A stretch of DNA of 64,000 nt from assembly GCF_988242995.1 (NCBI RefSeq), contig NZ_OZ547043.1, one strand, 5' to 3'. The notes under the pieces are model-generated. The model saw only the letters and a program-made list of their open reading frames with translations. It was not told the DNA's origin and did no database searches. Positions 1 through 11,711 of the stretch are shown one piece after another. A program made the position numbers and the translations under genes. Each line of letters begins with the position of its first letter. The first letter of the stretch is position 1.

Positions 1-877
1 TAGTGATGCCGACTTTGGTATTGGCGGGCTTGCCAAGAACGCCCAGTTCGTCGCAGACCGTACGCCCATAGCAAGGGCCGCTGTTGACGTCCACTTCGAC
101 GTACATATCCTGGGTTTTAATGCCATCAGGGTTGATCAGATAACCGATGCAGGTGGCGTCGTGCACCGGGCCGCCAGCCAGGCCATAGTTTTCGAACTGG
201 GTTTTGAGAGTGAAGTTCATGATGTCGCTGAACAGCTCTCCGGCAGGGCCGCCTGCCCTTTCCATCCGAGCAATCACGTCCGGGGTGCAAACGGTCTGGT
301 TGGTGAGATCGAGGCCCATCATCACCAACGGAACGCCGGAGGTGAACACCACGCGTGCGGCTTCCGGGTCAGCAAAGATGTTGAACTCGGCAGATGGGGT
401 GAAGTTGCCAGTACCGTAAGCGCCGCCCATCAGCACAATTTCACGGATTTTCGGCAGGATCGCGGGTTGCATACGCATTGCCACCGCGATGTTTGAAAGT
501 GGGCCAACCGGCACCAGAGTGATATCGCCATCGCTTGCCATCAGGGTATCAATGATGTATTTCACCGCATGGGTACTTTCTGCCTGGCGGGTCAGCGGCT
601 CGAATACCGGGCCATCAAGTCCGGTTTCACCGTGAATATTATCGGCAACGATTTGTTGCCGCATAATGGGCTGAGGCATCCCCGCATAAACCGGAACATT
701 AATCTCCAGTTTCTGGCAAACATTCAGGCCATTAATTAATGTTTTATCAAGCGTCTGATTACCCGCCACAATGGTGATGCCTAATAAATCAATCACCGGA
801 TGTTTCGCGGCCATCATTATGGCAATAGCATCATCATGACCCGGATCACAATCCAGAATAATTTTTCTCTTTTCCAT
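1..877 (-). CDS. rihB: Pyrimidine-specific ribonucleoside hydrolase RihB (3-prime end runs off the window start)
   Basis: Reverse complement of 841-877 encodes [13 protein letters not shown], the RihB N-terminus as recalled; reading frame stays open to position 1; position fits K-12 synteny upstream of yeiL. Confidence 0.8.
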   Translation of the reverse strand, partial: MEKRKIILDCDPGHDDAIAIMMAAKHPVIDLLGITIVAGNQTLDKTLINGLNVCQKLEINVPVYAGMPQPIMRQQIVADNIHGETGLDGPVFEPLTRQAESTHAVKYIIDTLMASDGDITLVPVGPLSNIAVAMRMQPAILPKIREIVLMGGAYGTGNFTPSAEFNIFADPEAARVVFTSGVPLVMMGLDLTNQTVCTPDVIARMERAGGPAGELFSDIMNFTLKTQFENYGLAGGPVHDATCIGYLINPDGIKTQDMYVEVDVNSGPCYGRTVCDELGVLGKPANTKVGIT

Positions 878-1045
878 TGTTTATTTCCTCTGTTTCCAGT
901 TGCGTTATTTTTTCTACAGCAAAGAAAATTCGACCGGGCCGATGATTGAATCTTAACAACAGCGTAAGTATGCTAAATATGAGAAATCTCATAGCGGATA
1001 AACATCGTGAAAGAAATCCACAATAATGACCTTAAGCAGCAATTG

Positions 1046-1705
1046 ATGAGTGAATCTGCGTTTAAGGATTGCTTTTCAACGGATGTTTCAGCCGATACGC
1101 GGCTGTTTCATTTTTTAGCGCGTGACTACATTGTGCAGGAAGGGCAACAGCCGTCATGGCTGTTTTATCTGACGCGAGGCCGCGCCAGGCTTTACGCCAC
1201 GCTTGCTAATGGTCGCGTGTCGCTGATCGATTTCTTTGCCGCCCCCTGTTTTATTGGTGAGATTGAGTTAATCGATAAAGACCATGAACCGCGTGCGGTG
1301 CAGGCTATTGAAGAGTGTTGGTGCCTTGCGCTCCCTATGAAACATTACCGTCCGCTGTTATTAAACGACACACTATTTTTACGAAAACTCTGCGTTAGTT
1401 TAAGCCATAAAAATTATCGCAATATTGTTTCTTTAACTCAGAATCAATCATTTCCGTTAGTGAATCGCCTGGCAGCTTTTATATTACTCTCACAAGAAGG
1501 TGATCTTTATCACGAAAAACATACCCAGGCAGCAGAGTATTTAGGTGTTACTTATCGTCACTTGCTATATGTGATCGCTCAACTCATTCACGACGGTTTA
1601 TTAATTAAAAGTAAGAAAGGGTATTTAATTAAAAACAGAAAGCAGTTGTCAGGACTGGCGCTGGAGATGGACCCGGAGAATAAATTCTCCGGGATGATGC
1701 AGTAA
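1046..1705 (+). CDS. yeiL: CRP/FNR-family transcriptional regulator YeiL (Nsr)
   Basis: ORF track 1007-1705; internal Met at 1046 gives the recalled 219-aa length; synteny. Confidence 0.8.
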   Translation: MSESAFKDCFSTDVSADTRLFHFLARDYIVQEGQQPSWLFYLTRGRARLYATLANGRVSLIDFFAAPCFIGEIELIDKDHEPRAVQAIEECWCLALPMKHYRPLLLNDTLFLRKLCVSLSHKNYRNIVSLTQNQSFPLVNRLAAFILLSQEGDLYHEKHTQAAEYLGVTYRHLLYVIAQLIHDGLLIKSKKGYLIKNRKQLSGLALEMDPENKFSGMMQ

Positions 1706-1728
1706 AAAATAATCTGCAATAGCGCGAT

Positions 1729-1767
1729 TGCCGGATGCAACGCTTAATAAGGCGTACATCCGGCAAT
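1729..1767. repeat. REP-like palindromic hairpin between convergent yeiL and psuT
   Basis: gccggatg ... catccggc inverted repeat seen in sequence. Confidence 0.5.
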
Positions 1768-1772
1768 GAAAC

Positions 1773-3023
1773 TCAAGCTAAACCAATAAAGAACCCGGCA
1801 ATGGTCGCGCTCATCAGGTTGGAAAGCGTTGCTGCTGCCAGCGCCCGTAAACCAAGCTGGGCGATTTCCGGAGCACGTTTTGGCGAAATAGCCGAAAATG
1901 CCCCAACGACAACACCGATAGAACCAAAGTTAGCAAAACCACAAAGCGCAAAGGAGATAATCGCAATGGTTTTCACTTCCAGCGTGCCGCCCGTTTGCAG
2001 GTATGGGGAGAAACTCAGGTAAGCGACAAATTCGTTAATCGCCAGTTTCTGCCCAATCAGGCTACCCGCAAGGTTGGCATCACTCCAGTCCACACCCATG
2101 ATCCACGCCAGCGGTGCCAGCACATAGCCAAAAATACTTTCCAGAGAGGCATTGGCGAAACCAAACCAGCCGCCAATTCCGCCGATAATGCCGTTGATCA
2201 GCGCAATAATTGCGACAAACGCCATTACCACCGTCGCTACACCAGCGGCGATTTTCAACCCGGTCATTGCCCCTGTAGCGGCGGCTTCAATAATGCTTTT
2301 TGGCGGCGTTTCGCTGAACGACAGATTTTCAAATGTGACCTGCGAAGGCTCGGTTGCCGGGCTAAGAATACGTGCAAACAAAATACCACCAGGGATCGCC
2401 ATCAGCGATGCCGCTAACAGGTAGTCAATTGGTACGCCCATTCCGGCATAACCAATCATCATCGAACCGGCAATGGACGCCATCCCGCTACAAATTGCCG
2501 TAAATAGCTCGTTGCGATTCATGCGATCGATAAACGGTTTTACGATCGCCGGGATCTCATTTTGCCCGAGGAAAATAGTGGTAACCGCAACAAAAGATTC
2601 GATTTTGCTGATGTTGAGGGCTTTCTGAAAAATACTGCCAAGAATGCGGATTAGCAGCCCCATCACGCCAATGTAGTACAGCAGGCTGATGAGCGCAGTG
2701 ACGAAGATAATCGCCGGGAGTACGCGAAAGGCGAAGATAAAGCCCGCGCCATCAAACAGGACATCCATTTTCGGCCCGACCAATGAACCAAAAATAAAGG
2801 CACTACCGGCATCACTGTAAGACATCACTTTATGAACGCCTAATGCCGCCTGCTCTACCGCCCATTTTCCTGGTGGAAAATAGAGCATGATGCCGCCAAT
2901 GGCGATTTGTAGCAGCAGCGCGGCTCCAACCGTGCGCAAACTGATGCTCTTTTTATTCACTGACAACAAAAATGCTATTGCCAGTAACACCACCATCCCC
3001 ACAACACTTCTCATTATATCCAT
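1773..3023 (-). CDS. psuT: Pseudouridine/nucleoside transporter (NupC family)
   Basis: 416-aa ORF, multi-pass hydrophobic, synteny with psuG/psuK. Confidence 0.85.
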   Translation of the reverse strand: MDIMRSVVGMVVLLAIAFLLSVNKKSISLRTVGAALLLQIAIGGIMLYFPPGKWAVEQAALGVHKVMSYSDAGSAFIFGSLVGPKMDVLFDGAGFIFAFRVLPAIIFVTALISLLYYIGVMGLLIRILGSIFQKALNISKIESFVAVTTIFLGQNEIPAIVKPFIDRMNRNELFTAICSGMASIAGSMMIGYAGMGVPIDYLLAASLMAIPGGILFARILSPATEPSQVTFENLSFSETPPKSIIEAAATGAMTGLKIAAGVATVVMAFVAIIALINGIIGGIGGWFGFANASLESIFGYVLAPLAWIMGVDWSDANLAGSLIGQKLAINEFVAYLSFSPYLQTGGTLEVKTIAIISFALCGFANFGSIGVVVGAFSAISPKRAPEIAQLGLRALAAATLSNLMSATIAGFFIGLA

Positions 3024-3116
3024 AATGATTTTCCCTTCATGCCAGTAAACCCGGCGTCAGCGCCAGGTTTTGGTATGTATGATCAGTACGGGCGACGGCT
3101 TTCTGCCCGTCAGAAA

Positions 3117-4055
3117 TTAACCCGCGAGACGCTGGTATTCTTTGGCAATTTCACTCGCCAGAATGGCGTTGTTGAACACCAGTTGGATGTTGGATTTCAG
3201 GCTGTCACCGCCAGTCAGTTCAGCAACACGAGCCAGCAGGAACGGTGTGCTTTCTTTACCAATAACGCCCTGCTCTTCGGCTTCTGCCACTGCCTGATCA
3301 ATCGCAGCGTTAATGGTCTGTTCCGGCATCGCAAACTGTTCCGGGATCGGGTTCGCTACCACGAGGCCACCGTTCAGCCCGCTTTGCCATTTCACCGCCA
3401 TTGCACGGGCAATTTCGCTGGCGCTGTCGAGACGAATGCTGACGTCAAACGGGCTGGTGCGGCAGAAAAACGCAGGCAGCGCTTTGGTCTGATAGCCAAT
3501 TAGTGGCACACCGAAGGTTTCTAAATATTCTGTTGTTAATCCTAAATCGAGAATAGATTTCGCCCCGGCACAAACAACGGTGACATTAGTATTTGCCAGT
3601 TCTTGCAAATCGGCAGAAATATCGAAGGTATGTTCCGCCCCGCGATGCACACCACCAATTCCCCCGGTGGCAAATACTTTAATTCCGGCAAGCGCCGCAA
3701 TAATCATCGTTGAAGCCACAGTGGTTGCGCCATTTTTTCCGGCGGCAACAACAAAAGGTAAATCGCGACGACTAACTTTGGTCACGTTATGCCCTTCGCG
3801 ACCCAGTAATTCAATTTCTTCTTTGCTTAAACCCACTTTCATCACGCCGCCAATAATGGCGATAGTGGCAGGTACAGCGCCCTGTTTACGAATAGTTTCT
3901 TCAACTTCAATTGCGGTCTGGGCATTTTGTGGGAACGGCATCCCGTGAGAAATAATGGTCGATTCCAGCGCCACAACCGGTTTTTTGTTTTTTAAAGCGT
4001 CCTGCACTTCCGGGGAAATTTGTAATAATTCAGGGGAAATTTTTAATTCAGACAT
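3117..4055 (-). CDS. psuG: Pseudouridine-5-phosphate glycosidase
   Basis: 312-aa ORF; synteny yeiN. Confidence 0.85.
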   Translation of the reverse strand: MSELKISPELLQISPEVQDALKNKKPVVALESTIISHGMPFPQNAQTAIEVEETIRKQGAVPATIAIIGGVMKVGLSKEEIELLGREGHNVTKVSRRDLPFVVAAGKNGATTVASTMIIAALAGIKVFATGGIGGVHRGAEHTFDISADLQELANTNVTVVCAGAKSILDLGLTTEYLETFGVPLIGYQTKALPAFFCRTSPFDVSIRLDSASEIARAMAVKWQSGLNGGLVVANPIPEQFAMPEQTINAAIDQAVAEAEEQGVIGKESTPFLLARVAELTGGDSLKSNIQLVFNNAILASEIAKEYQRLAG

Positions 4056-4984
4056 TCTGCGTTCTCCACTAACGATATAACGTTGGCAATCGATAAATCG
4101 GGGTTATTGGTGTATTCACAGGAGAGCGCCATTGACGAACATCCCTGTGCGAAACGAACAGATTCGGCAAACGGCATTCCGTCTACCCAACACGAAGCAA
4201 GTCCCGCCATCATGGCATCGCCCGCTCCGGTAACATTAATGACATTGGTTTTGATCGGCGCAGACCAACCATTTTCACCGCTGATATCACTGTAATAAAC
4301 GCCGTCGCCGCCCATGCTCAATACCAGTCGGTTCAGGCCATGTTGATGGAACCAGGCAGCAACTATTGCCACATCTTCACGCCCTGACAAAGCAATCCCA
4401 CTCAGGGTTTCCGCTTCAAGGCGGTTTGGCTTCAGGGTGTGGATCTGATTTAGACGGTCGCGCACTTTGACACATTTCCATGCCGAAACCGGATCGACAA
4501 ATACGGGTACGTTGGCGGCATTATCCAGAATCCATGCCAGTGCCTCTTCACTGATATTACAGTCCGCGACAATGACCTTTGCCCTCTGAATAAATTCACA
4601 GTGCTGTGCGAGATATTCAGCTGTAATAGCGTTGCTAATATTCATGTCATTTATAGCAACCAGCATTTCACCGGTATTATCGAGTAATGATAAATAGCTC
4701 GACGTATTTTCTCCCGGCACAATCAGGCATTTATCGACATAAACGCCAGATTGATTGGTTTGCGTTAGCAGCGATTGACCATAAAAATCACTGCCTACTG
4801 CGCTCAGTAGCCAGGCTTTGTTACCCAGCAACGCCAGGTTTTGTGCAATATTTCGCCCGACTCCACCAGGCGTAAATTTTATTTTACCTGGATTTGAATC
4901 CGCATAATTTAATGATTCATGTGAATATCCGGCGATATCAATATTCGCCGAACCTATAATTACGACATAATCCTTTTCGCGCAT
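4043..4984 (-). CDS. psuK: Pseudouridine kinase (PfkB family)
   Basis: 313-aa ORF with ribokinase-family GAGD motif; overlaps psuG by 13 nt. Confidence 0.85.
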   Translation of the reverse strand: MREKDYVVIIGSANIDIAGYSHESLNYADSNPGKIKFTPGGVGRNIAQNLALLGNKAWLLSAVGSDFYGQSLLTQTNQSGVYVDKCLIVPGENTSSYLSLLDNTGEMLVAINDMNISNAITAEYLAQHCEFIQRAKVIVADCNISEEALAWILDNAANVPVFVDPVSAWKCVKVRDRLNQIHTLKPNRLEAETLSGIALSGREDVAIVAAWFHQHGLNRLVLSMGGDGVYYSDISGENGWSAPIKTNVINVTGAGDAMMAGLASCWVDGMPFAESVRFAQGCSSMALSCEYTNNPDLSIANVISLVENAECLN

Positions 4985-5051
4985 AGCACGTCCTCTGGTA
5001 AAAAATTACCAACCCTGTCAATCCACAAGAATATAGATACTGCAAAGACGG

Positions 5052-5087
5052 TTTAAACATGTGTTCATATTTAAACATGTGCTCATA
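5052..5087. repeat. Tandem 18-bp direct repeat tttaaacatgtgYtcata x2 in psuK upstream region
   Basis: Seen directly in sequence; 17/18 identity between copies. Confidence 0.6.
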
Positions 5088-5366
5088 GTATGCATGTTTT
5101 ACGTAAAGTAAATTACCGCCAGAGAGGCAAAATGGGCAGATTTGAGCAGGCTCACAAAACGCGATTAAATGCCTGAATTATAAAAACGGGGAATTTGTGA
5201 CGGGATGCACAGAACAGGAACAATAAAAAAGGGCAGAAATTAATCTGCCCTTGAGGAAATAACCTTAGTGTTTGATGAAGGTTTCAGGTTTCTACTAAAA
5301 GATAAAACCATTTAAATTCATAAAATTACATTCACAAACCGGTCATTCTCTTTGCGCGCATCAAAT

Positions 5367-5395
5367 GTTACAGGGCAGGAAATTTCTGCCCTGTA
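5367..5395 (-). terminator. Rho-independent terminator downstream of fruA
   Basis: Perfect inverted repeat acagggcag..ctgccctgt just past the fruA stop. Confidence 0.7.
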
Positions 5396-5407
5396 ACACA
5401 CCTTTTA

Positions 5408-7099
5408 TTACGCTGCTTTCGCTACTGCGTCCACTTCCGGACGTTTCAGGAAGGCATAGGCCAGACCCGCCACCAGCGTACCGGCAATAATGGCTACCAG
5501 GTAACCCAGTACCGGCGTAATAGCGCCAGGGATCAGCAGAACAAACAGACCACCGTGCGGTGCCATCAGTTTCGCACCAATCGCCATTGAGATTGCGCCA
5601 GTCAGCGCCCCACCCACGATACAGCACGGCAGCACACGCATCGGATCACGAGCAGCAAACGGAATTGCACCTTCCGAAATGAAGCACAGTCCCAATACCA
5701 GAGCGGCTTTGCCACCTTCCTGCTGCGCTTTGTCGAATTTGCGACGCGCCACCATTGTTGCCAGGCCCATTGCCAGCGGTGGCACCATACCTGCCGCCAT
5801 AATCGCCGCCATCGGGCCATAGGTTTGAGTACTCAGCAGACCCACACCGAATGCGTACGCTGCTTTGTTTACCGGACCGCCCATGTCAGTACACATCATG
5901 CCACCGAGGATCGCCCCCAGCAGAACCGCATTCGCAGTCCCCATGGTCTGCAGCCAGTGAGTCAACCCTTCGAGAATGCCAGCAACCGGTTTACCGATCA
6001 GGTAGATCATCGCCAGACCGACCACCAGACTGGAAATTAGCGGAATGATCAGAATCGGTTTCAGCGCCTCCATACTCTGTGGCAGTTTCAATTGCGTACT
6101 GATTAACTTCGCAATGTAACCAGCCAGGAAGCCCGCAATAATACCGCCAATGAAGCCAGAACCAGTGCTGACCGCCAGCATACCGCCAATCAGACCCGGC
6201 GTGAGACCCGGACGATCGGCAATGGAGAAGGCAATATAACCTGCCAGTACCGGCACCATCAGCGCAAAGGCTGAACCACCACCAATCTGCATCAGCGCCG
6301 CTGCCAACGTACCCGGCTCTTTAAACGCTTCGATACCAAAAGCAAAAGAAAGCGCGATACACAGACCACCTGCAACGACCATCGGCAGCATGTAAGAGAC
6401 GCCCGTCAGCAAGTGACGATAAGCGCCTGCACTCTCTTTCTTACCTTCAGTGGTCGCCGTTTGAGCTTTGCCCGCCGGTTCATACGGCGTTGCTTCAGCA
6501 ACCGCTTTATCCAGTTCCTGCGCGGTTTTCTTCAGCGCCAGACCGGTAGAGGTGCGATACATCGGTTTACCAGCAAATTTCGCCAGATCCACTTCAATAT
6601 CTGCCGCCACAATCACCAGATCCGCTGCGGCTACTTCTTCAGGGGTGATTGCATTACCCGCGCCAACCGAACCACGGGTTTCAACTTTCACCCACCAGCC
6701 ACGTTTTTTCGCTTCGGTTTCAATGGCTTCAGCCGCCATAAAGGTGTGTGCTACGCCAGTCGGGCAAGCAGTCACCGCAACTACGCGTTTCGGACCGCTG
6801 GCGGCAACCGGTGCTGTCGCAGCGACCGGCGCAGTGTAAGGTTTTGCATGGCCTTTGGCTTCACTCAGGAACAGCTCAGGGTGCGCAACTGCCCGGGAAA
6901 TATCGCCCAGCCAAACATTTTTACCGTTCAGCGCGCTGTCGTTCGGGATGGAATCACCGAGAACAATCGCCATTTCAGCGTCGTTCGGATTGTCGATGAT
7001 TTCCAGTTTTGCTTTTCGCGCCGCCGCGCCCAGCAGGGTCTTCGCCATATAGGCGCGTGCCTGACCGAGATTAGCGTCAATAATCAGCAGCGTTTTCAT
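5408..7099 (-). CDS. fruA: PTS fructose-specific EIIB'BC component
   Basis: 563-aa ORF; fruBKA operon synteny. Confidence 0.9.
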   Translation of the reverse strand: MKTLLIIDANLGQARAYMAKTLLGAAARKAKLEIIDNPNDAEMAIVLGDSIPNDSALNGKNVWLGDISRAVAHPELFLSEAKGHAKPYTAPVAATAPVAASGPKRVVAVTACPTGVAHTFMAAEAIETEAKKRGWWVKVETRGSVGAGNAITPEEVAAADLVIVAADIEVDLAKFAGKPMYRTSTGLALKKTAQELDKAVAEATPYEPAGKAQTATTEGKKESAGAYRHLLTGVSYMLPMVVAGGLCIALSFAFGIEAFKEPGTLAAALMQIGGGSAFALMVPVLAGYIAFSIADRPGLTPGLIGGMLAVSTGSGFIGGIIAGFLAGYIAKLISTQLKLPQSMEALKPILIIPLISSLVVGLAMIYLIGKPVAGILEGLTHWLQTMGTANAVLLGAILGGMMCTDMGGPVNKAAYAFGVGLLSTQTYGPMAAIMAAGMVPPLAMGLATMVARRKFDKAQQEGGKAALVLGLCFISEGAIPFAARDPMRVLPCCIVGGALTGAISMAIGAKLMAPHGGLFVLLIPGAITPVLGYLVAIIAGTLVAGLAYAFLKRPEVDAVAKAA

Positions 7100-7115
7100 T
7101 ATGCCTCTCCTGCTG

Positions 7116-8054
7116 TCAGTTAAAAGGTTGTAAGTCGACGCGCGCCATCATTGCGGCCAACTGCGGACGATCGGTAATACCCACATTGCTTTGACTTACC
7201 GCCAGGGCTGCAACAGCTGTCGCCAGACGCAGTGTGTGTTCACTGGATTCACGCATCAGCAAGCCATAAATCAGGCCACCAACCATAGAATCCCCTGCGC
7301 CAACGGTGCTTACGACATCGACTGACGGTGGTTTGGCGATCCATTCGCCGGAGGCATTAACCCAAAGCGCGCCTTCGGCACCCAGTGAAATAACGACATG
7401 CGCGATACCTTGTTCACGCAGCGCATGCGCAGCTTCAATCACATCTTTCATTTCAGGCAGTTTACGGCCCGCCCAGATTTCCAGCTCGCGGCGGTTAGGT
7501 TTCACCAGCCACGGTGCCGCTTTCAAACCTGCCACTAACGCTTCACGGCTACTATCAAAGATAATGCAAGGACACTGACTACGCAGGCGAGTCATCCAGT
7601 CGGTGAACGCTTCCGGGCTGACGCCTGACGGTAAGCTTCCGCTGACACAGACCATATCGAACTGACCGAGCCAGCTCAGAGAATCAGTCACAAAGCGTTC
7701 CCAGTCGGCGGGGGTAACTTCAAAACCCGAGAAGTTGAAGTCGGTCACTTCGCCGTCTTTTTCCGTCAGCTTAACGTTAATTCGGGTGCGCCCCTGTACA
7801 ACCTGGAAACGGTTGGCAATGCCCAGCTCGCTGAACAGTTGCTGAAAACCATCCTGATTGTCTTTACCGAGGAAGCCGCCAACGGTGACATCAATTCCCA
7901 GGTCTTTTAATACTTTGGCCACGTTGATGCCTTTACCCGCCGCATGCAGACCGGTGGTTTTCACCAGGTTCACTTCGCCGCGTTCAATTTCCGGGCAGAA
8001 ACCAACAAGGTCATAAGCCGGATTAAGGGTGATAGTAGCAACACGTCTGCTCAT
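7116..8054 (-). CDS. fruK: 1-phosphofructokinase
   Basis: 312-aa ORF, PfkB family; synteny. Confidence 0.9.
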   Translation of the reverse strand: MSRRVATITLNPAYDLVGFCPEIERGEVNLVKTTGLHAAGKGINVAKVLKDLGIDVTVGGFLGKDNQDGFQQLFSELGIANRFQVVQGRTRINVKLTEKDGEVTDFNFSGFEVTPADWERFVTDSLSWLGQFDMVCVSGSLPSGVSPEAFTDWMTRLRSQCPCIIFDSSREALVAGLKAAPWLVKPNRRELEIWAGRKLPEMKDVIEAAHALREQGIAHVVISLGAEGALWVNASGEWIAKPPSVDVVSTVGAGDSMVGGLIYGLLMRESSEHTLRLATAVAALAVSQSNVGITDRPQLAAMMARVDLQPFN

Positions 8055-9184
8055 TATGCGCCCTCCCCAAGACCAGCAGCGATAGCGTCGCCGATTGCTT
8101 TCAGCGCCTGTTCAGCATCTGCACCCTGGGCGGTAAAGCGTAGGCGATGACCTTTCTTAACGCCAAGTGCCACAACTTTCATCAGACTACGTCCGTTTGC
8201 CGGTTTGCCGGTGCCATCAAGGTTTGTCACGGTAATATCACTGTTAAATTGTTTAATGGTATTGACCAGCATGGTACCTGGACGAGCATGCAGGCCGTGT
8301 TCATTGCGCACCACAAACTCCGCGCTTAACACGTCGTCGGTCGGCGCATCATCGCTGGTCAGCAACGCCAGCAACGTTGCCGCATCCGCTTTCAGCAAGC
8401 GGTCAGCTTTATTGTCGAGTAACAAATCAGCGAGACGCTTTAGAACCGCAATGGGCTGATCGTCATTCATCGCCACACTCACCAGCATGGCTGCCGTTTC
8501 GCCGTCCACATCAAAAGCATTTGCCGCACGGCTTACCGCAATCGCGCTACGCAGATTGCCTTCGGCACTATCGCTCAGCCAGATACCCTGTCCGAGGTTC
8601 AGCGGTTGTTCATTGATGGCTTTGGTGACGAAAGTGGCGTCAACTGCCCCCGCCTCTTTCAGACGAGCAGCGTTCAGCGCCTGAAGAGTCAGCAGATCGC
8701 TGGCGACGATATCCAGCGTCAGCATTTCGTTGTCGAGCTTCAGCTGCTCACTCTGCTTTTCGCCCATCAGCAATGCGCGAAGTTCTTCTGCTGTTGTTGC
8801 TGACTTCAGTTGTTCAGCAACGGAATCATCGCTCAGTACGTGGGTCAGCTGGCGTAGCAGGCCCAGATGTTCATCCGAGCTGGCAGCAATACCGATCGCC
8901 ACGTACGCTACCTGGCCGTCACCCCAGGTGACGCCTTCCGGGAACTGAAATACCTGAACGCCGGTTTTCAGCACCTGATCGCGGGTGTCGGTAGTGCCGT
9001 GTGGAATAGCAATACCATTGCCGAGGAACGTAGAGGTTTGCTGTTCGCGCGCCAGCATGCCATTGACGTAGCCTTCAGCTACATTACCGGCCTGCACCAG
9101 CGCCGCAGCGACCTGGCGAATCGCCTCTTCTTTGTCTCCGGCCTTTTCGCCCGGATGGATGTCCTGTACGGATAACTGGAACAT
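8054..9184 (-). CDS. fruB: PTS fructose-specific EIIA/FPr fusion protein
   Basis: 376-aa ORF; HPr-like C-terminal domain; synteny. Confidence 0.9.
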
Positions 9185-9270
9185 AGTTCTCCTCTCTTGC
9201 TGAATTGAAACGATTCAGCTTCTATGAGAAAAAAAGCGCCAACCTGGCTTAGGGTTAAAGACAAGATCGC

Positions 9271-9284
9271 GCTGAAACGTTTCA
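9271..9284. promoter_or_regulatory. Cra (FruR) operator in the fruB promoter region
   Basis: Palindrome gctgaaacgtttca matches the Cra consensus TGAAWC half-sites; lies 87 bp upstream of fruB start. Confidence 0.7.
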
Positions 9285-9551
9285 AGAAAGCATAATACTT
9301 CTGTTTCAGCACGCAAGGAAAGCCGTAAAGTTATGAGCAAAAGTTTGATGTGCTGCACAATTTTTTGTCATTTTTCCTAATTGCTGATGGGAAAATCCGT
9401 TATCAGCAATTTCATTTCAGCAGCGTCAGCAGCCAATCAGCAACAGTGAAATGGCATTTTGATTATTCGTGGCGCTTTTGATTTCGCTGTCTGTTTATTT
9501 TCTGACAAGCAGCGTAAACTCCGCGTCTTCCTCTTCCAGTGATCGACCAGC

Positions 9552-10733
9552 ATGCATAACTCCCCCGCAGTCTCCAGCGCGAAATCGTTTGATCTGACCT
9601 CGACGGCGTTTTTAATCGTTGCCTTTCTCACCGGTATTGCGGGCGCTCTGCAAACCCCGACACTCAGTATTTTTCTTACCGATGAAGTACATGCCCGTCC
9701 GGCGATGGTGGGATTCTTCTTTACCGGCAGCGCTGTCATTGGGATTCTGGTGAGTCAGTTTCTCGCCGGGCGCTCTGATAAGCGCGGCGATCGCAAATCG
9801 CTGATTGTCTTTTGCTGCCTGTTAGGCGTGCTGGCCTGCACTCTTTTTGCCTGGAATCGCAACTACTTTGTTTTGCTATTCGTTGGCGTCTTTCTTAGCA
9901 GCTTTGGCTCGACTGCTAACCCGCAAATGTTTGCCCTCGCCCGTGAACATGCTGACAAAACCGGACGTGAAGCGGTGATGTTCAGCTCTTTTTTACGCGC
10001 TCAGGTTTCACTGGCATGGGTCATTGGCCCGCCGCTGGCTTATGCCTTAGCGATGGGTTTCAGCTTTACAGTAATGTATCTGAGCGCAGCGGTAGCGTTT
10101 ATTGTTTGCGGCGTGATGGTGTGGCTGTTTTTACCGTCGATGCAAAAAGAACTTCCACTGGCGACCGGCACGGTTGAAGCGCCGCGCCGTAACCGTCGCG
10201 ATACGCTGCTGCTGTTTGTCATTTGTACATTGATGTGGGGCTCGAACAGCCTGTACATCATCAACATGCCGCTATTTATTATCAACGAACTGCATCTTCC
10301 CGAGAAACTGGCCGGTGTGATGATGGGAACCGCCGCCGGGCTGGAAATCCCGACCATGTTGATTGCCGGATATTTCGCCAAACGTCTGGGTAAGCGTTTC
10401 TTAATGCGCGTTGCTGCCGTGGGTGGCGTCTGTTTTTACGCAGGAATGCTGATGGCGCATTCACCTGTCATTCTGTTGGGCTTGCAGCTGCTTAATGCTA
10501 TTTTTATTGGCATTCTGGGCGGCATCGGGATGCTCTATTTTCAGGATTTGATGCCCGGTCAGGCAGGTTCAGCCACCACGCTCTATACCAACACGTCGCG
10601 CGTGGGCTGGATCATCGCAGGATCAGTGGCGGGCATCGTCGCCGAGATCTGGAATTATCACGCTGTGTTCTGGTTCGCGATGGTGATGATTATCGCCACT
10701 CTGTTTTGCTTACTGCGGATTAAAGATGTTTAA
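9552..10733 (+). CDS. setB: Sugar efflux transporter B (MFS)
   Basis: 393-aa ORF, MFS-like; synteny. Confidence 0.85.
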
Positions 10734-10984
10734 GGCGCGGTCAGCATTTCCAGATCGATAAGCCAGGTCATTGCCTGCTGACGCGAGTTACCGCACATTT
10801 CAGCGCTGGCTTGTAAGCCCGCACAAACTTTCGGTCGCAGTGGCGAGGTGAAAATTTTACAGCGTTGCTGTTCATCAAGCTGAATGCAGGGCGTATTGGC
10901 GGGCTTGCCATCTGGCATACCGGGAATAGGGCTGGAAATTGAAGGGGCAGTGCAACACGCCCCGCAACCCGGACGGCATTCCAT
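10730..10984 (-). CDS. yeiW: Cysteine-cluster protein YeiW (UPF0153)
   Basis: Internal Met of the 128-aa ORF gives the recalled 84-aa protein with CGACC/Cys-rich motif. Confidence 0.7.
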
Positions 10985-11138
10985 ACGTTGTTCTCTTAAG
11001 GTTAACCACCGGATTGATGAGCGCGCACAGTACCACCTTTTTTGCACCAGCAAAAGTGCGAATACCACTTGCCCGAAAGGCCCGTCGCGAGTACTTTGTC
11101 GCGATATTTTTGACATTTTCGACTACAGGAATTTTTCG

Positions 11139-11711
11139 ATGCCAAGAGCGAACGAAATTAAAAAAGGTATGGTACTGAATTACAACGGCAAACTGCTGCT
11201 GGTTAAGGACATTGATATTCAGTCGCCCACTGCCCGCGGTGCCGCTACGCTGTACAAAATGCGTTTTTCTGATGTCCGTACCGGGCTGAAAGTAGAAGAG
11301 CGTTTCAAAGGAGATGATATCGTTGACACCGTGACTCTGACCCGCCGTTACGTTGACTTCTCCTATGTCGATGGTAACGAATATGTCTTTATGGATAAAG
11401 AAGACTATACCCCGTATACCTTCACCAAAGATCAGATTGAAGAAGAGTTGCTGTTTATGCCAGAGGGCGGCATGCCGGACATGCAGGTGCTGACCTGGGA
11501 CGGTCAACTGCTGGCGCTTGAGCTGCCGCAGACCGTTGATCTGGAAATCGTTGAAACCGCACCTGGCATCAAAGGGGCATCTGCCAGCGCCCGTAACAAA
11601 CCGGCGACATTGAGCACTGGTCTGGTGATTCAGGTACCAGAATACTTAAGCCCGGGCGAAAAAATTCGTATCCATATCGAAGAACGCCGTTATATGGGGC
11701 GTGCTGACTAA
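11139..11711 (+). CDS. yeiP: Elongation factor P-like protein YeiP
   Basis: Internal start [18 protein letters not shown] gives the recalled 190-aa protein. Confidence 0.85.

Noticed and set aside
161-496. Plus-strand ORFs of 111 and 71 aa near the window start
   Set aside because: They lie antisense inside the rihB coding region and have low-complexity translations; typical shadow ORFs
6413-7123. 236-aa plus-strand ORF and other plus-strand ORFs within 5825-7052
   Set aside because: Antisense to fruA; Arg/Cys/Phe-rich translations with no domain signature; shadow ORFs of a well-supported gene
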